From: Cycas panzhihuaensis
Taxonomy: Eukaryota > Plantae > Cycadophyta
NCBI GenBank assembly: GCA_023213395.1
Contig: CM041465.1
Location: 209,939,741 to 210,003,740 of the forward strand
Direction of reading: 5' to 3'
Length of the DNA: 64,000 nucleotides
Positions within the stretch are counted from its first letter, which is position 1. Every line of letters starts with the position of its first letter. This document shows, piece by piece, positions 25,990 to 42,065 of this stretch. Position numbers and translations under genes: made by a program. The notes under the pieces were generated by a model. It was not told where the DNA came from. It ran no database searches and worked only from the letters and a program-made list of their open reading frames with translations.

Positions 25990-28199
25990 CCAAGTTTCCA
26001 CACCAAGTGCCATTACTCTCCTAACTACCTCTTGTTATAGAGAAGTAAATGCCCCAACTAGCTTTAGTGAAGGGGTAATAATTGCTATTAATTGCCATTG
26101 AGAATGTTAGACATCAAGTCAAGAAAATCTAACTTTTCGTCATTAATTTCCATTGTCTATCAAAATTTTCATATTTCAAATCATGATCCTAAAATACATA
26201 GTCCTCTTATGATCATGATTGTTGTTATAATCATGAAAACAATAACCAAATTCATAGTGGAATAACTTCCACATCTAATGTTTTTTTTGGCTCCTCTACC
26301 GCTCGTTTCAAAGATGTTAAAATGCTCTTCATTGTGGTATACTTATTTTAGGCTAAAAATAACTAAAGATACTATTTTATCACTACAAAATTTAATGAAA
26401 TTTCTCTAATTCATATTTTAGTGATGTAAAGCCCCTACAACTTCAAGCTTGTGTATTTTTCTTATTTGGCATTTATTTTAGGATTTTTAGTCCCTCTTTA
26501 ATGTGGCATATAAATTAGAAACTAGTTCTAAATCAAGATATAGAAAACTATTATAGAATATATTCTTCAAGTGAGAAATTACACATTAACAAATTACCCC
26601 TTATTCATCTCTTATTCATATTATCTACTCCCATGTATAATGCTTTAAGCAATCCAACTCCCCTTCTATAATGGTGGAGAGAAAAATAATTTACAAGATT
26701 GCAAGTATTAGAGTGTATTTACATAATCATAAAGACTCTTGCCTTGGACAAATGCTTACAAAATTAACAGTAGAAGTAGTACATCCTTACACCTGATGGA
26801 GCATGAAATAAGCTTCAATTTCCTAATAATATATTATACATTAATAAATAGAAATAATAAAACCAAAGATATTTTACCAAGATGACTCCAAATGTGTTGA
26901 ATCAGAGCCGTTACAACAAAAATATTCTTAAAGAGCTAAATATAGAGATGACCCATATAAAGAAAGAGAAGCCAATGCTTTTATAGTTGACATCCACTAT
27001 TATATATAGAGATGTAGTGGTAGAGTCAAATACGTCTCTTCTATACCATAACCAATAACCTGTTATTAGATAGCTCCTTTACATAACCAACTTTCTTAGT
27101 TAATTGAAATTCTTTAACAACTTCAGATCACACAATCATAACCTCTTTCCTTTTAAATTAGAGATATTAATGTTGTGAGTTTAGATTGTGTCTTTGTCCT
27201 ACATGAGATATATAGGCTAAATAACTCATAAAATAATAAGAGGCATAAGAGGTAGAATAATAATAATAAAGAAATAGAGAAATAACAATGATGGTCCTTA
27301 TGAAAAACTTAGAAGGTACAAGGGTAAACATCTTATAAATGATAATGCTAAATTTTACTATACATATCATGATATTATAAATCCTAATTCTAGGTATTAC
27401 AAAGATTTGTAAAGAATTTTAAGCATCTCCATCTAGAAGAACTAGGCCCAATTATGACCAATAGTGATTTATATGAATCTTCCTATATTTAATTTGTAGA
27501 CATGCCAAGCATTCCTCTTATCAACCTTTTTCCTAGTTTCTCCATTGAGCACCTATCTTGGTTAACACTACCCAGTATTCAAGGGCATGGAATGTAAAAT
27601 AATACCAAAACTAGCATAGCTAGTAATGGTAATCATACATCCATTTACTTGGTTAATGTAGATTTAAGGTCCATAACCAATTCTATGGCTAAAAATATAG
27701 ATGTAACTAAAGAAATAGAACCTCTTAGGTAAATTGATCCCAACCTTCGTCAATCCATAATCATTTTAAATATACACAAGCTAAGTAATCCATTGGTTAT
27801 AATTAACAAACCTATTTTAAGGAAATAACCACTAAAATATTGTAGCCAAGAAGTCGTTATTTGATAGTTGAAGATCTAAGCCATTCCCCACATATAATGT
27901 TATTTCTAGATGTCCTTTAAACATGTCATGAATAATGGGCTAACCTTTTGAATGCATTGAGAATCAAAGAAATAACTAAGCCTAACCTCATTATATTTGA
28001 TACTAAATCATTAGGTAGTATCCAAAACACTACAATGACTCTATTTCACATACACACATTTATATCTAGGGGGCATGTAAAATGTTACAAAGTTAGTGAG
28101 GAGTCATAAATGACACTTGTGTGTCTATTGATAAATAAATAATAAAAAATTAAAATTTAATTTTTGTGGTCATACTATTGAGGAATTTAATAACTAAAA

Positions 28200-31903
<3,704 letters not shown>

Positions 31904-32232
31904 TATGAAGAAATATGAAAACATGTATGTATTTTGAACTACAAGATCTTGATCATACACAATAAGTAAACAGTAAAGAGCATAGGTACACAATACATAA
32001 TATTTATTTGAAAAACCCTTTTAGAAAAAACCCACCACACAAGGTTGTTAGATCACATTGATAATTCTTGGATGATTTACAATGAACTCTAAGATTATTT
32101 ATAATGCCCTAAATAATATGTCCAACTTGAATGGTTGTGACTTTATGAAATATTCACACATTTTGATTTAATATTAACTAAACCATATTTTAACATTGAT
32201 CAAGTGGATTAGCATTAATTGCCATGCTAATA
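31904..32232 (-). repeat. 3' LTR of E
   Basis: Colinear with 41244-41571. Confidence 0.9.
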
Positions 32233-34088
32233 TCCCCCTTTAATGTAAATGTAATTCAAATCTATAGTTTGAAATCATTGATGAATGTTGGGGTTATCAT
32301 TTCTAATACATCCCCCCTCAAGGATGACTTCTCAAAGTCCAAATCTAGTACAAATCTTGGTGAATTAATCTTCAGTAAGTGCTTTGGTAAATATATTCAT
32401 AAGTTACTTCTTACTTGGACAAAAGTCTATTGCTTCTTACTTGGCATGCTACTATCTATTGCTTCTTTGACTGCCATAAGACCAATCTATTACCAATACC
32501 AAACACATATCTAGCAATGGATTTTTTATCATTAGAGTGACCTCTTTAATTTGCATCAATATAGCCATATAACTTTACATCTTCATCACGAATGTACTCC
32601 GAGCAAGATTAAAAGTTCCCTTCAAATATCTCAAAATCTCCTTTGTTACAACCCAATATGGTTCTTGTAGATTCTGCGTATAACAAGAGATTAGTCTAAT
32701 ATCATAAACACTATCTCACATGGTATGAGTCAAATAGTTTAGATTCCCTACCAATTGTCTGTACAATATTCCATATACAACAGGGTGTTGCATATCCTTC
32801 AAGAGCTTTGTGCTTTTGGCATATGATGTTTGAATAGGTTTATAGTCTTCCATCTTAAATTTCTCAAGTAGGTTTTTTATATATTTTATTTGTAGTGTCA
32901 AAATTCTATCTTCCATCTGCCTTACCTCAATGCCTAAAAAGTAATGCAGAGCCCTGAGATCTATCATGTTAAAGGTTGTTCCTAAATTGGATTTTACTTG
33001 CACAATACTCTTATTATGGTTCTCAATGATGATCACATCATTAATGTATAACACAATAGCTACTATTGAAGTTACTTTCCTTTTAACATATAGATTTGAT
33101 TCTATATCTGAAATAACAAATTCTTGTTCTTTCAATTTAGCATTGATTTTCACACACCAAACACATCATGCTTGTTTCAAGCCATAAAGTGACTTTTTCA
33201 ACTAGCACACAAGATGCTTATGACCAACCTTAATGAAACCAAGAGGTTGTTCCATGTATAACTTCTTTTTCAACTCTTCATTAAGGAATGTTGATTTTAT
33301 ATCTAATTGGTATAGCTTCCAACCATATTTTGTTGTTAGTAAAATAATCAAATGCACTATTATCATCTTGGAGATTGGTGCAAATATCTCCTCCTAATTG
33401 ATCCCTTATTTCTATTTAAACCCTTATATAATAGGTCTAGCTTTATACTTGTCCACCTCTTTATCAGAACAAAACTTAGTTTTATAGACCCACATGCAAC
33501 TAGCAAGGTTTTTCTTAGGAGGCTAAGGAACTAACTTTCACATTACATTTCTAATGAGAGAGCTAAATTCCTCCTTCATCACAACTCTCTAATGAGGATC
33601 AACTTTCACTTCATCATACAAAGTTGGGTCTTGGGAGGATGTGGTACCCATTACTAGAGTCTAATTAGCATGTTGACTTCTTGTTCTTTGTTCATCTGTA
33701 AGATTTTACAATGTTACATTAGAATCTTAGATAGTCTTCCTAGAAACACTCGATGTTGTAGGTCCCTCCACATGTGACTACTACCAATTATTGCCTTCTC
33801 CACTCGGTCCTCCTTCTGTCTGAACCATAATGCCTGGTTTCTCATCCTTTGTAGCTAATTAAGTGCCATTAGGAAATGGAAGTAGTACATGCACCCTTCA
33901 TATACACCTTTTGAATAAGAAACATGTGGCAATCCTTTCACCATTTTTAGTCAATTCATAAGTGCCATGTTTTTGTAATTAAGATGTCCAAGGTATTCAT
34001 ATTAAAGTTTACTCATATCATTAGTGCTAGTTACAAAGGAAGAGGAATTATTCTAGGATTGAAACTTCTCAAACACTAAAAAATCACC

Positions 34089-37000
34089 TGTTATATGACC
34101 ACATGCAGCTAGTCAAACCAAGATACTAACACTCATAGTTAATGCACTAGGAGGTTATGTCAATCATTAACTTTTGTATGTAGGCTGTTAAAGCCACCAA
34201 TGAAATGTAAAGTCATTTGGCCTGTCAATAAGATTATAGGGGATAGGCCCTCTTTTGTCTATTTAAGAGCCACATATTATAGAGAAATGTTGTTATGTAA
34301 TCATTTTCTCTTGAGAGATTAGTACTTTGGTACTCTTCAAATCTCTTTTGTTTCCAGTTATGCTCTTTGGTGTACTTTACTTCTATAATCAGTTCCTTTA
34401 TCTTTCCATTGTCAATTCTGTATTTACGCAAAAGTGGGATAGTCACATCGCAAGTGGTATCAAATATAGGTTTTGAATCTAACAAAAGCAACAAGCTCAA
34501 AGGTAGCTAAAAGAAATGAAATTTTTTTCTATTGGTATATCACTATAAACCCTTCTTTATAGTTTAGTTTCATTTTAAATTATGTTCAATTTTATTGTGA
34601 GTCTATCAATCTACAAGTGGGTATTAGAGTCCCACTTATTCCCTTCCCTTTCCTAGTGGTTAGCTAGAGACCTTGTGTCAGAGGTCTTTAAACATCATAG
34701 GGATCTATCATTACTGAACTAAGTGTATGTGGCCACAAACCCATATGTGAAGCAAAGCGATATAGCAATACTTACACAAGCTTTAGGAAGAACCCAACTA
34801 TGAAAGTGAGCCTCCACGTATCTTTGGGTATATCAAAGGACCCATATAGGTTTCTCCTACTAACTTAGATCAAGAAACATATCTATCATTTGTCCTTATA
34901 TGGTGCACAAGTTAATGGTTAGCATTTGGAAGTTACCCTTCAAAAATATGCCTACACAGTTGTTAACCTTATACAAACATGTGTTCCTTGGTGGATAGTG
35001 CCTTGAGATATTTGGCCAAGCAAGGGTATCAATAGGGAAGTTTATTGAAGGGCTTGCAAAGCTAAATAATCTTCTACTAGTGTCTAGTAATCTCCCTCTA
35101 TTCATCTCTAAATCCTCCATTATTAAAGTATTCATTATAAAATTGTTGAGACTACTACATTTCTGAAATAATAAAATAAAAAATTGATGAGACTATTGTA
35201 CTTCTAAATATAAACCCCTAAAGTTGCTACATGATTTGAAGATATAAAACCTCCTAAAGCTACTAAGATAATTACAGACATAAGGGGTTGAATCTACAAT
35301 AGCAGTGCAAGTACTATAGTCTGAATCTTAACAAGTAGTAATATAATATCAATTCACAAAGCACTGCAACCAAAATTATTCCTATCCAAACCTTTAATCA
35401 AGATTCTAAATTCAACACCTTATTGAGTCCATCCCCTGCTCTCAGTCCACTCAAAAAGAGAGAGAGAGAGAGAGGGGGGGGGGGAGAGGGGGGGGGAGAG
35501 AGAGAGAGAGAGAGAGAGAAGAAGAAGAAGAAGAAGAAGAAGAAGAAAAGGCAAGAAAATGAATACTTCTTTGTTTCTAACAAAACATGCACCTTTATAC
35601 TCGTGACCAAAAATAAAATGTATGGCAAAAAAAAATATCTTATCAATTCATACATCTTATTTTTATTAGCATGTCACATTGATCAATTTGCATTAGGTTA
35701 GTTTTAACTAGTACTTTTGGAAAATTTTGCCTAAACAATGCCCGTGGGTCCCATAGGAAAAAATTTTTACTCAAATATCACTTATACCATTTCAATGAGT
35801 TTTACACATTTCTGTTAATTTACTAGGTGATTTTGTTACATATTTTTAGGATTAACAAGCTATAAACACCCCATCTCCACCTCTCTCATTTAAATCATAA
35901 TCTTCACTTCTATAAATCATTCTATCTATCTAACCCTGATTTGGTAAGTTCCCTTCTATCTTATTCATCATGTTCTTTATATCCTCTTCTTCTTACTTCT
36001 GTCTTGCTTCCTACAATCCCCTTCTCTCCATGTGATGGCTTTTGTATCTCAAGAAAAATACAATTTTGTATTAGAAACTCAATTTTCAGATTTTCAAAAG
36101 GAAGTAAAGGTTGATATATCATCTTTTACATCTAAGTTAGATATCACTGTAATACTAAGTTAAATGTCTTAGATGATAATACAATCATCTCAATTGAACT
36201 TAGTCTATAGGCAACACGCCTCTAGCAGAATAATGGAGTAGCCCTCCTCCATGCTAATTGTAATTTCACCACAAGGTCTATGTTCCTACCTTCCATCCAA
36301 ATCTGAAAAGAGAGCACTCATATATGGATAAGTAAACTTGAATCCTACTTCTCTCTTAATCTAATGACTAAAGAGGAATAACTAACATTCGTATATATTC
36401 ATATGGAAGGTCGAGCACATCATTGGTTCAATTGGTGGTAATGGGAATACATATAAAACATGATATAAATACTCTTCTTCACCTATTTTTTTTTATTAGT
36501 ATGAAGAAACTTGGATCCAATCTTTCTTCAATCAACTTATAAGATTGAAATGTGTCCTCAATTGAAGCTTATACAAATGAATTCTAAAATTTACAAAATT
36601 GCATCACCCAAAGATTAGACAAGCAAATTTGGGTCAAGACTTGTATCACATTCTTAAAAGAGTATATCCAAATATGCCTAAAAATTTTAAATCTCAAAGA
36701 TGTGATACGAATGGTAAAAGTAATGGAGGGAGAATTCACAATAGAAAGAACATATTTTTTCTGATAAGATTTTGCATGGAAACAATGCCCACGATAGGTT
36801 GAATTCCCACAACAATGACCCTGGGCAAATAACTCATATGGACCTACTATAGAATGACCTTTGGAAGAACACACAAATAAGCTAATTCAAGTTCCACCAT
36901 TAGAGGTACATTGGTGTATTATAGTTAGCCTGTGTCCAATGCTCAGAGAAGTGGATCCTTGGGCATGGTAAAGCTTGCAAAGCCAAGAAATTAGTCTTCA

Positions 37001-38719
37001 TAATTGATCCTAACCTATCCCCAAAAGAAGACATTGATTCTAAACCAGAATTTGATGAAGAACATCATTCAAAAATCCTCTCAACTTTAGAACAAGAAGT
37101 CTACTTATTTGTGGTAGCCTCTTATTCATGCCCCGAACCATTATACATAAAAAGAATACTTAAGAAAACACCTATTACCATTTTAATTAATGGTGACATG
37201 CCACTAAATTTTATTGATATTTCCTTAGTTAGCCAATTAAATCTTTTTACTATCAGAAAAAATAGATCTATATGTTCCCTGCCTAGTTGTCATAAACTTC
37301 ATTGCGCTAGAATAATCATGAATCTTACTGTCCAAATCAATATTTATAGGTTAGTCTCCTATTTTTATGCTATGTTTATTAGTAGATTAGATGTTATTCT
37401 TAGAGTTTAATAACTCTAAACCTTAGGTAAATATAGCACAAATAACTCCCTCACTAATCGATTCATTTTATTTAAGGACTATATGGGATAAATCTATAAA
37501 CTTCACGAGATACAACCTCCTCCTAACAAATTAATTTCACTAAACCAAATGAGGAAATAACTAAACAACCAAGTAGGTTATATTATCTACATCAACAACA
37601 TCCAGGCCCATACAAACGTTCACTTAGACATCTAACACACTCTTAATAAATATCAAGTTATTTTTACCTACCTGTTGGCTAGTCCCCCACCAAATCATGG
37701 GTGTTACCACAACATTGAGCTAAAACATCTTCACGGCCCTATTAGTTTTTGGTCCTATAGAAATTCTTATTTTTAGAAGAATGAGATAGAAAATATTACC
37801 AATGAACTAATGGAAATATGGGCAATTCGACCCAACAAAAGCCCATATATTGCCCCTATTATGTTAGTTCAAAAAATGATGGCTCATTTGAGTTGTGTGT
37901 CGATTATCATAAACTTAATAAAATAACCATAAAAAATAAGTTTCCCACCCCAAGAATCGATGACATATTAAACAAAATTCATGGTGCCACAATCTTTCCT
38001 AAGTTAGATCTCCAATTAAGATACTATCAAATCTTTATTACACATGAAGATCAGCATAAAATTACCTTCTGAACACACCACAACCACTTTAAATTTCATG
38101 CCATGCCTTTTGGCTTGTGCAATGCCGTGGCCACATTTCAATCCCTAATGAACAAGGTGTTTTCCCTGTACCTTTGGAAATTTGTTATTATTTTCTTTGA
38201 TGATATTTTTATTTATAGCATGGGAATGGCTATTCACACTTAACATTTAGAGATAATCTTGAAAATTTTGGCTAAACATATCTCCTTTACTTTGGGGATT
38301 CAACATCTCAAGGGAGGGGACCTGTTACATGACCACATACGATTAATAGAACCAAGATACTAGCAATCACGGTTAAGGCACTAAGAGTTTAAGTACTAGT
38401 CATTAACTCTTATACATAGATCATTAAAGCTACCAATGAAATATAAGGTTGTTAGGCCCACCAATAGGATTATAGGTCAGAGGCCCTCTTTTGTCTATTT
38501 AAGGACCATGGATTTTAGAGGAATGTTCTTGTGTAATTATTTTCTCCTAAGAGATTGGTAGTTCGATACTCTTTCAATTATATTTTGTATCCATTTGCAC
38601 TCATTGGTATATTTCACTTATGTGATTGGTTTCTTTTAATAATATAAGTGTTGCATTTTCTTACTTATCTTTCTATTACCAATTCTATGTGTGTGGAAAA
38701 GTGCGATAGTCACATCCCA
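34089..38719 (+). mobile_element. Chromovirus gypsy D, same family as A, with RH-INT deleted; inserted in Copia E
   Basis: LTRs 34089-34452 and 38323-38719; PBS TGGTATCAAA ~34455; PPT context CATCTCAAGGGAGGGGACC identical to A; decayed TSD TCACC/CCATC; gag ~36035-36700 and RT 37750-38280 ([34 protein letters not shown]); E frame ..TKVRDG resumes across it. Confidence 0.9.
35457..35549. repeat. Compound purine microsatellite (GA)n / poly-G / (GAA)n in leader of D
   Basis: ~93 nt of purines only on + strand. Confidence 0.97.
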
Positions 38720-41243
38720 CCATCCCTTACTTTTGTACTAGTAATGATAGAGAAGTTTTCCTTAGGATCCTTAATTAGGCATTTGTCTTTATAGAACTTG
38801 ACCTTCATACCTTGTTTACATATCTCTTGGGCTGATAGAAGGTTCATCTTCATTTTTGATATGTAATACACACCTTTACTTTTTCTTCCTACAAGCGAAA
38901 TGGTGCCAACACCCCTAACAAACAACATACTCACATCTCTAAGAATGATTCCAAGTTTATTTGGACCAACATTTGATGCATCAAAATTTTGCTTTTGAAA
39001 AGAAATATGTTTCTATGCTCTTCAATTTAAAATCTACTAGTCTCTCTTATTTGACTCAGCTAACAAAGCTAATACTTTTGCACAGTATATTGCAACACCT
39101 TTTTTTTTTCTCATTGTCACTTGTTTCACACTGGTCTCAACTTTTGAACTAATAATTCTTCTCTTTGTGGCCATCCTTCTTGTAGTAATTATATTTATTA
39201 ACAAACTTTTTCTCCTACAAAATTTCTCCTGATTGTTTCTCCTACAAAATTTCTCCTGATTGTTGTGTGGATTCCCCTTCCTAAATGTTATTTCTCCCGT
39301 GTGCCTTCATGACCAAGGCTTGATTTCATTCAGACCCATCGAAAAGACCACCATGTCTCAACTTGGCACCATGCTAAGTTGAATGCTTAGCTAGAATGAG
39401 AGCTTTTATTTTCTCAAATGATTCACCCTCTATTACTTCATCTCTTGTATAGATGGACCAAAAGGTTCGAAATACAACAAGTAGTTTTGACATAACACAA
39501 ACAACAACATGTCATCAATTGATCCAGACTTTATCTCTTCCCATTTGTTCCTCAAATCAATTATTTTATTAAGGTAGGCGTTTGCATTGCTTTTATCTTC
39601 CACAATCGTAGTAAGAAGCTCCATTATCAAAGTAACATGATGATATATCTTCTTTTCAAATGTCTCATATAATTTTGTTTAGATTTCATTTGATTTATTG
39701 AGGTTATGGACTATGGCCCTCTTGTCAAGTGCCGTAGATAGTTTCAATAGCCCAACAACCATTAATTGCTTCTCCTCTTGATAAGTTCACTCATTCACAT
39801 CCAACAAAATAGCATGGAGCTAATCTTTGCTAATCCCCCAAAGTTAATTTACCATTAAAGATGACTTGAGGCATCATCCTCTCCATCTTGAGAAATAGTT
39901 TCACAGATGAGTTATTTTCACCAAACTACTTGATGTTTAGTTACACGAATAACACCTTACACACTGCTCAAATTTTATTCTCTAATAAATTTGCTAAGAA
40001 ATACAAAATTTAATGGCTTTGATAGTAGATTTCCCACACCATTAATATGACATAGCTTATAGGCTTCACTATTATTACACTCACCACTTATAGGCTGCTA
40101 AAACATGATTCAATCCCTAAAAATCACTTTAAAAAGGATGAAAAAACAGTAGTATGGGTCTTAATTTGAAGTCTGAATAACAAAGAATTCACATGCAAAT
40201 TTTTTTGGCTTGAAATGATTGAAAAATAAGTCAAATGATCTATGTTGATTAGTGCAATGTCTTTTCCCTTCAAGAAAACTTCAAATATAAATAATTTTTT
40301 AAATGGGAAAAAGTGTATACACCCAATATAGGAAGTTGCCAATTCACTACCCACACATCCCTTCCAACATGTCACGAATTTTAAAAACATTAAAATGTCA
40401 ATAAATAAAATGTATAAAGTTTATATTAAGGTGTTAACCTTAATATATATTGCAACACACTTTAAAATATATCTTTGGAAGCACATACATGATATGAGTG
40501 ATTGTGGCATCTTCATGAGCAGGTGCATCTCTCACACAACAGACTGAGCTTTGTACTCTCTCCTAGGCCTACTATGACTATACAGATCATGCATACGACT
40601 TTTAACAATGTCATAACATTATTTTTAAACTGATTATAGATCATTGAGTGATCCAATGAAGAAAACTAACTCTTCCAAGGTTGTCTGCTAGCTAAAACCT
40701 AGGCCAACACACTTTATAAGCATCAAAACAATCTCTACAGTCTTTAAACACTACCCAACATCTTGATACGAGTTAAAAATATCCTTAGAGATTCAATCTT
40801 GCTCACAATAGGTATTTTGATCAGTTTTGATGTTTGGGTGGTAGATTTAATGCCCAATAATATCAAATGCCTCTCAATTGAAGCCCAACGCTCTCAAATC
40901 ATACCCAATGTAGTCCAACATTGTTAAATCGCCATCAACTTAGGCCCAATAGGTATATAGAGTGCCCAACATACCCAACTAGCCTTAGATGGCTTCAACA
41001 TGAGCCCAAAATGGTTTGAAGTGTGCCTAATATTAATTCTAAATTTTAAATAATAAAAAATGTCTTATTGATAGGTGAAATCCACCTCCTCAATTACAAT
41101 TGCACCCATGTGTCACTCTTCTAGTTGTTAGAGAAGATTAAAATTATTTGAATATGGCTCTAGCAACATTACTAGGCAACTTTCTATCTTATCATATCTA
41201 CCCAACCTTACCTCATTGTGTACTTTATTTAGCTCTAATACTA

Positions 41244-41571
41244 TGTGAATAAACATGAAAACTAGCATATATTATAAACTATAAGATCTTAATCATACAC
41301 AACAAGCAAACAATAAAGAGCAAGTACACAATGCACAATATTTATGTAGAAAATCCTTTTGAGAAAAAACCTATCACAAAAGATTGTTGGATCACATTGA
41401 TGATTCTTAGATGATTTTTAATGGACTCTAGGGTTATTTATAATCCTTCAAATGATACATCCAACCTAAATGGTTGTGACCTTCTATAACATTCGCACCT
41501 TTTGATTTAATATTAACCAAATCACATTTTAACATTAATCAAGTGGTTTGGTATTAACTACCATGCTAATA
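41244..41571 (-). repeat. 5' LTR of E
   Basis: Adjacent to PBS; colinear with 31904-32232. Confidence 0.9.
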
Positions 41572-41956
41572 GTATACTTGATTTAAATTAATAGGAACAC
41601 TTCTTTTCTTATTCTTCTTTATGCCCGTAAAATTTCTACGGGATAATGATTGTGTTACTAAAACATTATTGTTACCTTCTATTAAATACTTATATTTTGT
41701 GTAGGTACCTAACATGCACTCTTATTAACATGGCTACCTAATTGTACAAGACTAAATATCTCCTCGGTTTAAGTATATTAATGGGGAATTTAGAGGAAAT
41801 ATAAGAAAGTATATAACTACATGGGTACTTTAGGATTCTTCTAATCATACATGTACTTAAGGTGGATTATACATTTAGATAGAAAATGAAATATAACTCT
41901 TAAATTGTGGTTGCACATCTTAATCACATTTGGGAAATTAGAGGTTCTATAGTTCA

Positions 41957-41958
<2 letters not shown>

Positions 41959-42043
<85 letters not shown>

Positions 42044-42065
42044 TGTATGTATGTATGTATGTATG
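41959..42065. repeat. (AT)n-(ATGT)n compound microsatellite
   Basis: Direct reading. Confidence 0.98.

Larger units (their letters stand above)
31904..41571 (-). mobile_element. Ty1/copia element E (integrase core deleted; contains D)
   Basis: LTRs 31904-32232 and 41244-41571; PBS TAGTATTAGAGC 41232-41243; PPT AAAGGGGGA 32233-32241; perfect TSD GTATA (31899-31903, 41572-41576); RT 32716-33540, GAG-pre-integrase ~33900-34050, gag 39150-39900. Confidence 0.92.

Noticed and set aside
34613-34632. Second PBS-like motif CAAGTGGGTATTAGAG in D
   Set aside because: The homologous position in A reads CAAGTAGGCAACAC and no LTR copy precedes it; probably chance
35398-35701. Poly-K/ER and poly-F/P ORFs
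   Set aside because: Translation of the GA/GAA microsatellite
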